Source of the DNA: Blastocladiella emersonii ATCC 22665
Lineage: Eukaryota > Fungi > Blastocladiomycota
Assembly: GCA_025594325.1 (NCBI GenBank)
Contig: JANHCV010000001.1
Span: 3,906,001-3,970,000, forward strand
Reading direction: 5' to 3'
DNA: 64,000 nt
Shown here: one piece after another, positions 44,225 through 54,088 of the stretch
Layout of the letters: each line of letters opens with the position of its first letter
How positions within the stretch are numbered: position 1 is the stretch's first letter
Position numbers and translations under genes: made by a program
The notes under the pieces: model-generated
Database searches by the model: none
What the model was told of the DNA's origin: nothing
What the model saw: the letters and a program-made list of their open reading frames with translations, nothing else

Positions 44225-46419
44225 ATGGACGCCCTCGCCTCGCTGCTGCCGCCGCCGCCCACAGCCGCGGGCGGCATGCCCGTCGTGATCACCGCCGAGG
44301 GCCAGGTCACGGGTGTTCCCGCCATGACCTACATGCAGGTGCACCAGTACATCACGCTGCCGATCCTCGCCACGCTGGCCGTGGTGGCGCGCCCGTTCCT
44401 GCACCGCATGGACCTGATCAAGCTCGCGTTCCTCGCGACGGTCGCCTTCGCCTACACGACGCCGTGGGACAACTGGATCATCGCCCAGGGCGCCTGGGGC
44501 TACTGCCCGACCTGCGTCGTTGCCACCGTCGGCTACGTCCCCGTCGAGGAGTACATGTTCTTCGTCATCCAGGCCGTCTCGGCCGGCATCCTCGCCACCC
44601 TCGTGTTCCTGTCGGGCCCGTCGCCGCTCCACGTCCTCGCCCGCGTCACCTTCGCCGCGCGCGGCCGCGTCCTCCCCGAACCCTCGGGCCGGGGCTGCGA
44701 GCACGCCTCGCTCCTCGCCCACGTCGCCTCCGACCGCCCGATCCTCTCGTCCAAGGGCCAGATCGCCGCCCCCGCTACCTCGGACAACGTCGCAGCCCGC
44801 TCGTGGACGCGCATCCTCGGCGTCGCGTTCCTGTCCATGGTCCTCGCCGTGGCAGCGACCCAGTGGCTCGCCATCGGCGCACGCACCTTCTACCTCGGCG
44901 CGATCCTCGTGTGGGCCGTCCCCGTCCTCATCATGCTGTGGTGGATCGCTGGACCGTTCATCTGGGCCCAGCGCCGCCGCGCCGCCGTCGCCATCGCGAT
45001 CCCGACGCTGTACCTGTGCGCCGTCGACTGGTACGCGCTCGGCGCCGGAGCGTGGTCCATTATGCCCGCGACGACTGTCGGGATTCACTTTTTCGGCCAT
45101 CTCCCGCTCGAGGAGGCGCTCTTCTTCTTCGTCACCAACGTGCTGCTCGGTACGCTCACTCGCTTCCCGGGGACCTCGTCCGTCATCTTACACATCGCCG
45201 TCCGCTAGTCTTCGGCCTCCTCACCTGCGACCGCACCTTCGCCATCATGAAGCTGCAGGGCACGCTGGCCGCGTCCAAGTCGTGGCCGTGGTCTGCCCAA
45301 CTCCGCGAGTGGGTCCGGTGCACGCTGCTCGCCGACTACGCGGCGTGCCCGACGCAGGACCCGGCGTGGCTCGGCGACCTGCTCGTCGCGACCGAGCTGA
45401 TCCGCAACGGGTCGCGGTCGTTCCACCTCGCGTCCAAGCTGTATCCGTGGGACCTGCGCACCGACGTGCACGCCATCTACGCCTTCTGCCGCGTCACCGA
45501 CGACATTGCCGACGCCGAAACCATGTCGCGCGAGTCGCGCCGCCGCAAGCTCGACGTTATCGAGAAGCTCCTGCGCGCCTCGTTCGAGGAGGATCCCAAG
45601 GTGTTTGGTGCGGCCGACAGCGACGTCGCCAAGCCGGCCACGCGCTCCGAGCCCATCCACGTCGACTGGTCCACGGTCCCCGACCTGACCGCCCTGCAGC
45701 AGTCGGCGTGCCGGTCGCTCGTCCGCGTGCACCGCCAGACGGGTCTCCCGCTCGCGCCCGTCCTCGACCTGCTGCGCGGGTACCGGTGGGACCTCGACCA
45801 GCGGCCCGTGACGTCGGTCGACGACGTCATCGAGTACTCGCGGTACGTCGCGGGCACCGTCGGCGAGATGTCGACGCACCTGATGATGGCCGCGGCCACG
45901 GGGTCGCGGACGTGGCCCAACGTGCTCGCCCAGGCGACCTCGCGCGCACCCGCGTCCGTCGCCAAGGACGTGCTCGGCCCCGCCATCGAGATGGGCGTCG
46001 GGCTGCAGCTCCTCAACATCGCCCGCGACATGGTCACGGACGCGCGCCTCGGCCGCGTCTACGTGCCGCCCGACTTCTTCCCGAAGCGCAACAGCTTCTC
46101 GCGCGCGGCGCTCGTCGACCGCATGGCCCAGAACGACCTGACCCCCGTCGACCACGCCGTCCTCCACGCCGCCGCCATGGACCTCGTCAGCCTCGCCAAC
46201 TCGTACCTGACCCGCGCCGAGAACGCCGGCGTCAACCGCCTCCCGCGCGCGTTCCGCGGGCCCGTCCGTGTCGCGAGCGCCGTCTACGCGCAGATCGGCG
46301 ATGCGCTGCGTGCCGCCGCGGCCAGCGGTGCGCCGTACCCCGAGCGCGTCGTCGTTTCGTCCGCGGCTAAGCTTTGGGCCGTGGTCAAGATCATGTACCT
46401 CTCGCCGACCGTGGCGTAG
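44225..46419 (+). CDS. al-2: Bifunctional lycopene cyclase / phytoene synthase (Al-2/CarRA/CrtYB type), 2 exons
   Basis: Two membrane cyclase units (TTPWDNW...GAWGY...PVEEYMFF; VDWYAL..GAW...PLEEALFF). Intron 45150-45208. Synthase motifs SRSFHLAS, YAFCRVTDDIAD, Y.RYVAGTVG, LQLLNIARD, RVYVP. Confidence 0.95.
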
Positions 46420-46508
46420 GAGGCGTTGACTCAGTGGTGGAAGAGACTCGCAGATGCGCTTGCAAATGAGATAAATAAAAAGTGTGCACTCACAAACCAA
46501 ACCGAACG

Positions 46509-49500
46509 TCACCGCATCGACAACTGGTCGATCCGCGCCGTCATCTCGCGGATCAGGTGGTCCTGCGGCGTGTACACGCCCGACTTGAGGAGCAGGTCGC
46601 GCTCCTGCACAAGCCGCTCGAGCTGCGCGAGCTGTTCGGGACCGGGACCCATCCGCGCCGCGGGTTGTGCTGGTGGTGGAGGCGCGATGTGCGTCATGCG
46701 CAGCGGGTGCGGCGAGGTGGCCCCGAACGCGCCGCCGCGGTCGCCCGACCCGCCGACGATGCCGCCGCCCGCCATGCCGAGCGACTGCTTGAAGTGCTCG
46801 TGCGTCGACCGCAGCTCGTCGAGCTCGGCGCGGATCTGCTTGATCTCCATCTCGGTCGCCGCCGCCGCTGTGGTCGCCGCGGGGGCGGGGGTCGGGGCCG
46901 TTACGCCGAGCTGCGGTTGCGGGACCACGGCCGGCGACGCCGCAACCACAACGCTAGCACCGGCCGCCGCGACGAGATCGCGGCGCTTGATCTCGTGCTC
47001 GAGCTCGTCGACGCGCCGGTCCGCGTCCTTCTTGAACTGCGCGTAGTCGGCGAGCGTCTTGAGCCACTGCTGCTTGAAGTGAGCGCGCTGCTTCTTGTAC
47101 ACGGCGCCGCGCTTCTCGGCCGCGTGGAGGGCGTCGGCCGTCTCCTTGAGCCGAGCCGCGAGCTCGCGCGCCTCGGGCGCGCCCTTGGCGGCCTCCGCCG
47201 CCGTCGACTTGAACTCGAAGAACGCGGCGTCGAGCGCGCGGTACTTGCGCTCCCAGTCGTCGCGCTCCGCGAGCGCCGTGGTGCGCTGCCGCTCGAGCTC
47301 GGCAGCGCGCAGCCGGTCGTGCTCGCGGCGGTCCGCAGCGTCGGCCTCGAGGCTGCGCGCCGCGTCCTCGACGCGCGCACACCGCGCCTCGAAGTCGCGC
47401 TCGAGGTCGACGCGACGCTGGATCAGGTCCTGCTCCTCGCGCTGCAGCGCCTGCTCGCGCCGCTCCATGTCGGCCAGGATCCGGTGCAGCTCCTGGTCGG
47501 CCGTCGCGAACTCGGCGGCTTTTCGCTCGAATTCGGCCTCGCGCGCGCGCAGGCGGGATTCGAGCTCCTTCATCGCCGCCGCGTCCCGGTCCCGGATCGC
47601 TTGCTCGAGACGCTGCTCCTGGCGCTGCCGCCACTCCTCGACCTGCTGGTGCGCGCGGTCCCACAGGACCTGGTCAGGAACGGCGGGGGCGACGGGTGGC
47701 GCGGGCTGCTGCGGGACGCCTCCGTAGATGGGCAGCGGCGCCGGGGCCGAGGCAGTGTTGAGGCCGAGGTGCGATCCCATGGGCGTGGCGGGCATGACCT
47801 CGAGGCGCGGGGCCCCCGCTGCATCGAGCGCGGCCGGTGGCGCCGGTGGCAGGGCACCGACCGTGACGCTGGGCGGGATCGTGATCGTGTTGGCGAAGGC
47901 GTCGGGCGCGTCGACGGCGCCGTTCTGCTCCTCGATCGGGCCAAAATTCTCGAGACACAGGACGACGCGGATCGCGGCGACCTTGACGATGCCGCCGGGC
48001 GGGCCGGGGAGCGACGCGCACACGTTGATCCAGTGGTCGTAGACCTGGACCGCGAGGGGCTGTCCGGTCGCCGTGGCCGTCGACTGCACGGGCGCGTCGA
48101 GCGTGCGGCTGAGGTGAGCGAGGGCGGCGCCGAGCGTCGTGTCGCGGGCAAACGGGTCCTTGTGGATGGCGAGGATCTCGAGCGGGACCGCGTCGAAGAA
48201 GACGCGCAGGCGCTCCGGGACCATGACGAATTCGTACGCGCAGAACGCCGAGTTGAGCACGACCTCGCCGCCGCCGCGCGTCACTTGGACCGGCGGGTGC
48301 GACAGGAACGGCGCCCGCGTGCCGAACGGCGGGTACGCGTACTTGAAGTACATGTTGGCCGACTTGTACGTGCCCTGCAGGTCCTTGACCGCCTTGATGT
48401 CAATGGAGAAGCGGTACTGGTGCAGCTGGTGTGAGCCGGGAGCGGGCGGTGCACTGGCCGAAATCGGAGGGTAGAGTTGGGCCGAGAGCGGAGACGCGGT
48501 CGGCGGCGAAAACATGGCTGCTGCTAATGCCGCCCCGCCGTTGGCCTGCTGCTGCTGCTGCTGCTGCTGTTGGTGATACTCCTCGCGCATGGCCGAGATG
48601 GTCGACGGGATGTTGGGCAGCGTCGGAAAAGTGGTTGATGGTGGCTCGACGGTGGACGCGACGGGAGCGGGTGCAGCTGCTGCTGGTGCCGGGCTGGCGA
48701 TCACAACCGCAGGTGGTGGTACTGGTTGCGCGAGCGACGCCGGGGGCGCTGCGGCCGGAAGGACGGGGAGACTTGCTGGTGCTGATGCGGGCGCAGGAAC
48801 CGAAGCAGGCTGCTCGGCACCGAGAGCAGGCGCTGGCCGCAGCGTCTGCGCCGGCAGCTCGGTGAGGCCGACGCGCAGCTTGACCTTGGGGTGTTCGGTG
48901 AGCTTGAGGTCGATGGCCGAGTCCTCGAGAATGTCGAGGAGGTACTCGTGGTGGCTCGATTCGAGCTGCTCGAGGCTCGACCCGGTGCTGAGGAGCGAGA
49001 GGAGGTCGATGGTGGCGGACCCGAGGATCTGCTCGTCGTAGCACAAGTACACGGGCAGACGGTCCATGGACCGCAGGAAGGTGGCGAGGTCGGCCTTGCA
49101 CGCGACGAGGTCGATGGTGAGCGTCTCCTCGGGGAACTCGGGCCGCTTGGTGTCGGTGAAGGACTGCGTGCGCAGCTCGTTGCCGAGGATCTGCATCAGG
49201 ACAAAGTAGCCCTTGGCGGGTCCGAGGTCGAGTCGCGCCGCGGGCAGATCGGCGGCCGTCGTGTCGGCGTCGCCGCCGTTCACGCTCGGGAGCACCGAGA
49301 GCAGGTGCAGGCCCTCGATGCCGACGACGGTCACAGCGAGGCGGAACAGGCGGTCCGGGTTGTCGCCGAACTTGAACGACCCGTCCTGCTGCTGCGTCAG
49401 GTTGAGCGCCGAGAGGCTCTCCTGCAGCTGCTTCTGGCGCTCCGCGGTCGACGCGAGGCGGCGCTGCGCGGGCGGCACGTAAAAGGACGCCGCGGACGGC

Positions 49501-50169
49501 CGTGTTGGCGAGCGGGGCTTCGCGCCGCCGCGCGGCGAGACGGCCGAGGCGATGGTCGTGTTCGCGGTTCGCGTCGGTTTCGTCGGCGTGAAGTGCGACT
49601 GCGCGGGCAGGAGCGCGGGCATGTCGGAACCCTGCGGGCCCGACCCGAACGAGAGCTTGATCTCGGGCCGCGGGCCGTTAACGGCACCCCAGCTCGCTGC
49701 AGCGACGTTGGACGCTCCTGGTGGCGGCGGAAGGAGCGGAATCCAAACCTCCTTGGCGGGGAACGGCTGCGCCTGGCGCAGATCGAGGACGAGGTGGCCG
49801 AGCACAGATCGGGTGCCGCCCTGGGCCGACAGGGCAAAGACGGTCACCTTGATGGGGGTCCGGTTGACGCGCAGGAAGTGCAGCGCCTTGGCGTCGAGGT
49901 CCCACGCGAGCTCCGTGTCCCAGATCGGGCTGCCGGCGGGGCCGAGCGGCGCGGGGTCGCTCAGCAGCGCCTCGTCGTTGAACTTGCACTGCACATAGGC
50001 ACTCGCGCCCGTGCGGCGGGGGAAGTGGCGGCCTGTGGGCAGCCGTCAACGTCAGAGTCGTCCTTATCACGGCCGGGAAGAGTGAATCCGCACCCTCGAC
50101 AATGGAGACGACGATGGTGTACTTGGCCACCTTGGCGGCGGCCGAGGGGGCGGCGGCAGGCGCAGTCAT
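46509..50169 (-). CDS. CEP120: Centrosomal protein of 120 kDa (three C2 domains plus coiled coil), 2 exons
   Basis: IVVSIVEG/RHFPRR, TELAWDLDAKALHFLRVNRTPIK, YKFAYPPF-type YAYPPFG, AFCAYEF, coiled coil, and C-terminal ERDLLLKSGVY..QD.LI.E, all matching CEP120 as recalled. Confidence 0.9.
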
Positions 50170-50829
50170 GGTCGGGTAGCGAGCAGTCGGTCGGTGAAGC
50201 GTGAGTTTTGGGCTGCGGGGCTCACGGGTCACGGTCCAGAGTGTCGTTGCATGGAGTCTGATTCATTTAGAGATGGCATTGAGCGCAGGGGAGGGGATTC
50301 GCGGGCGGGGCTGATCCCTCTGCGTCGGCGCGGCCCGCGCACCCGCTGTACCCCTGAGCGCCACCACGTGCCGTCGCGTCGCGTCTCCCCCACGCGTCGC
50401 GCCGGCGGCCGCCGTGTCTCCTCTCCGCTCCTCCCCCACCCGCCCTTCGACGGAGCCTCGATTTCGACCATCGCGAGATGCGCCATGTAACTCACCGAAC
50501 GCAACGCAACGGATGCGCCACTCGCGCGCGCGGGAAAGTGATCGTCGCCCACCCGCACCCACCGCATCGTCGCGCCGGCCACGCTACGCCCGACTCGCCG
50601 ACGACAAGGCGTACACGCACGTCCCCGCTCAAGCGAGACTTCTCCCACACACACCTTGTCCGCGGCATTTGTCTCGCGCTAGACTAAACGCTGCCCGGAC
50701 TGCCGACCATCGCCCGCATCCGAGTGAGCACACGGTGCGTTGCGTGCAGGACTCGAAGGGCCTTTGATCCGCAAGCACGGCTAACCGATGGGTGGGGGAC
50801 ACGCTGCCCGTTCTTGATCGGTGATAGAC

Positions 50830-53800
50830 ATGTCGAAACCTGCCTCCGCGTCCACGCAGCGGGGCGATCCCGCCGCGGGGATCTCCGCCGCGCCTTCTCC
50901 GGGCACCACCGTCGATCCTGGCGCCCCTCCGACAGATCCTACCGCCACCGCCGCCACTACCGAAATGACGCTAACTGGCGGCCACGTTCCGCCCGGCGCG
51001 GTCGGCCCGGCATGCGCCATGGTGCCGCCGGTGCCGGGGACCGAAGAAAAGGAGCGGATCGAGGCGCTGCTGACGACGGCCGAGGCCGAGTTCCGCGCGA
51101 CGGTCGAGTCGCTGCGCGACGACGACGTGCTGGCCAAGTTCCGCACCGAATACGAGAAGCTGTTCCGGTCGCTGTCGCGGTCGGTGCTGACGGGCGTGCG
51201 CATGTTCGACCAGTACTCTGCGTCGCACCGCGCCTTCCACGAGAACATCAACAGCGCCAAGGTGCTCGGCGAGTCCACGTCGCAGGACGAGCAGACCATC
51301 CGCAACCTCAAGGGCCAGATCAAGCGCGCCAACGAGTTCCTCGAGTCGTCGCGCGTCAAGGAGGAAAAGTCGAAAGACGAGCTGCGCCAGCTGCGCATCG
51401 AGGTCAACGACCTGCGCGCCACCGTCGCCCAGGGCGTCGGCCTCAGCGCCGCCCAGGAGCGCAACATCAACGAGCTCATGAAGATGAAGGAGGAGGCCCT
51501 GCGCGACCTCGAGGCCGAGACCGACAAGATCGCCCACCTGCGCACCCGCATCGCCGACATGGCCGACCGCACCCGCTTCGTCGACGCCGAGCGCCGCGCC
51601 CTCGAGAGCGAGGTGCACCTCCTGAAAGAAAAGTGCGCCGCGCGCAAGATCGACGTGGACGCGGAGCTGCGCAATAAGGAGAACCTCGAGGCCGACCTGC
51701 GCGAGATGCGCGGCGTCGTGTCGGTCAAGATCGCCGACGTGCGCGCGCGCCAGGAGCAGGTCAACCGGTCGCTCGAGGAGATTGCCCTGCTGCAGAACCA
51801 GGTCAAGACCCAGAAGCAGATGCTCGAGAAGGTGGCCCGCGACTACGACAGCCTCGCCCTCAAGGCCGCAAAGTACCGCGCCGAGTGCGACGAACAGATC
51901 GCCATCACCAACGCCCTCGTCGACGAGAACAACGCCACGCTCAAGGACCTGCACAAGCACGAGGTCGAGCTCGCCAAGGTGTCCGAGGAGCTCAACAAGT
52001 CGACCAAGGTGCGCGACGGCCTGCAGAAGAAGATCCGCCAGCTCGAGGCCAAGAAGCAGGAGGCCGAGACCACCGTCAAGCTGCTCAAGGACGACAACAC
52101 CCAGGTGTACCACGCCATTGACCAGATCAAGCTCGACGTCGACAAGTCCAAGAAGTCGCTCGAGGACCTGTCGCGCGAGCGGTCCATCCTCTCCCAAAAC
52201 TACACCAAGCTCACCTCCGAGACGGATCGCGAGCAGCACATGCTGCTCCTGCTGCAGCAGACGCGCATCAACCTCGAGCAGGACCACGCCAACTGCGAGC
52301 GGCTGCTCGTCAAGAAGCGCAAGGTGCTCGAGTCGCTGCAGACGGACCAGGCCGCGTACCGCCAGAAGATCGACACGCTGCAGAAGCAGATCGCCGAGAC
52401 GCTGGCCCTCATCAAGCAGCGCGAGACCGAGATCTACCGGCACAAGAAGGCCGTGGTCGAGTCCGAGACGCGGCTCAAGTACCAGCAGAACCTGTACGAG
52501 ACGGTGCAGTCGGACCGCAACCTGCACGCCAAGAACCTGATCGAGTCGCAGCACGACATTGCCGAGATGAAGCGCCAGCTCAAGATCATGAACTTCCAGA
52601 TCAACGGGCTCAAGGAGGAGTACCAGGCCAAGCAGGACCAGCTCGCGCGCGAGTTCTCGGACCGCGAGAAGCTCGACCGCGAGACCGAGGCCATCGACAA
52701 CGAGATCAAGACGCTCAAGCAGCAGAACGAGCTCGCCCAGGCGTACGTGCGGTCGCAGGTCGCCGAGGAGAACAAGCTTAGCCAGTACGTCAAGGAGGCC
52801 GAGGCCGAGAAGCAGAAGCAGGACCACGCGCTCGCCCTCGTCGTGTCGGAGCGCGACCGGCTCTCGGCCCAGCTCATCAAGCAGGACGGCGAGCTGCTCA
52901 AGGTTTACGACGCCATCAAGGCCAACCAGTTTGCCCTGCTGCGCAGCCAGAAGCACTTTGTGGCCAAGAAGCGCCAGCTCGTCGCCCTCGAAAAGGAGCT
53001 GCGCGGGCTCGTCCGCGACAAGAAGCTGCTCGAGCTCGCGGTCCAGGACAAGGACCTGCTCAAGCAGGCCGTGCACCAGCTCAAGGCCGAGCTGCTCGAG
53101 GAGCAGTCGCACATCAAGGTGCTGTCGGACGAGATCAAGTACCCGATCAACGTGCACCGGTGGCGGCGGCTCGAGGGCTCGGACCCGGGCCAGCTCGAGA
53201 CCATCAACCTGATCCACAGCCTGCAAAAGACGCTGATCGCGCGCGCCGCCGACGACGCGGCCAAGGAGGCTGAGATCCACGAGAAGGAGGGCACCTACCT
53301 GCAGCTCAAGGAGATCCAGACGCGCCAGGTCGGGCCCGAGGCGCTCGAGCAGCTCGCCGAGATGGAGCGCGTGCTCCAGGACAAGACGGCCAAGCTCCGC
53401 CACATGGTCACCGAGGTCGACATGTACCGCGCCCAGATCAAGGAGCACAAGTACACGCTCGGCGGCCAGGGCCGCCAGCTCGCCGAGCTCAAGGCGCTCT
53501 ACTTTGAGAAGAAGCGTATCGCCAAGGAGTCGGGGCTGCCCGCGCCGCCGCCCGTGCCTCGCCCAGCGGCCCAGCAACAGCATCAGTCCAAGTGGATGGC
53601 GACGCGTGCTCGCGCTGCGCATTACGGGCACCCGCCCGCCGGTTCCGCGAGCGACGAGTTGCTCAACACGGCGGGGGCGCCGTCCCAGGGATCGCAGGCC
53701 GTGGACGCGGTCGATGCCGCCTCGGCCATCCCGCTGCCCGGCTCGCGGCCGCTGACGGGTTCGGCGCGCTCGACTCGCTCGCTCGACTGGAAGTCGCTGC

Positions 53801-53928
53801 CGCCGCTGCCTGAGAGCCGATCGACGCTCGCGCTCCGGCCGGGCGACGACGACTATGTCGCCGAGCGCGACATCAGCGACTACACGGCCGATCCGCCTTC
53901 GTTTGCCGAGGAGAGCAGTGCAACGTGA
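50830..53928 (+). CDS. CFAP58: Cilia- and flagella-associated protein 58 family coiled coil, intronless
   Basis: KFRTEYEKL, SQDEQTI..LK, QGVGLS, QNLYETVQSDRNLHAKNLIESQ, LKIMNFQI, NVHRWRRLEGSDP. Confidence 0.85.
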   Translation: MSKPASASTQRGDPAAGISAAPSPGTTVDPGAPPTDPTATAATTEMTLTGGHVPPGAVGPACAMVPPVPGTEEKERIEALLTTAEAEFRATVESLRDDDVLAKFRTEYEKLFRSLSRSVLTGVRMFDQYSASHRAFHENINSAKVLGESTSQDEQTIRNLKGQIKRANEFLESSRVKEEKSKDELRQLRIEVNDLRATVAQGVGLSAAQERNINELMKMKEEALRDLEAETDKIAHLRTRIADMADRTRFVDAERRALESEVHLLKEKCAARKIDVDAELRNKENLEADLREMRGVVSVKIADVRARQEQVNRSLEEIALLQNQVKTQKQMLEKVARDYDSLALKAAKYRAECDEQIAITNALVDENNATLKDLHKHEVELAKVSEELNKSTKVRDGLQKKIRQLEAKKQEAETTVKLLKDDNTQVYHAIDQIKLDVDKSKKSLEDLSRERSILSQNYTKLTSETDREQHMLLLLQQTRINLEQDHANCERLLVKKRKVLESLQTDQAAYRQKIDTLQKQIAETLALIKQRETEIYRHKKAVVESETRLKYQQNLYETVQSDRNLHAKNLIESQHDIAEMKRQLKIMNFQINGLKEEYQAKQDQLAREFSDREKLDRETEAIDNEIKTLKQQNELAQAYVRSQVAEENKLSQYVKEAEAEKQKQDHALALVVSERDRLSAQLIKQDGELLKVYDAIKANQFALLRSQKHFVAKKRQLVALEKELRGLVRDKKLLELAVQDKDLLKQAVHQLKAELLEEQSHIKVLSDEIKYPINVHRWRRLEGSDPGQLETINLIHSLQKTLIARAADDAAKEAEIHEKEGTYLQLKEIQTRQVGPEALEQLAEMERVLQDKTAKLRHMVTEVDMYRAQIKEHKYTLGGQGRQLAELKALYFEKKRIAKESGLPAPPPVPRPAAQQQHQSKWMATRARAAHYGHPPAGSASDELLNTAGAPSQGSQAVDAVDAASAIPLPGSRPLTGSARSTRSLDWKSLPPLPESRSTLALRPGDDDYVAERDISDYTADPPSFAEESSAT

Positions 53929-54088
53929 TTTTCTTGACTCAATGAAACCTCCTTTTCTTGCCTCGGAATCCCTCCCTTGCTCGACTTTGATGGAGAGGGA
54001 CGTTGGTTTGGTTGCACAAGGCATCTATAAAGGGTAACGATAGAATCACAACAACATTAACGACAGAACAACATCACAGGCTCGCTAG

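Noticed and set aside
43819-45207. 866-aa ORF apparently starting at 43819
   Set aside because: Only its part after 45208 is real (phytoene synthase exon 2). The upstream part is an alternative frame over the 5' UTR and the cyclase exon.
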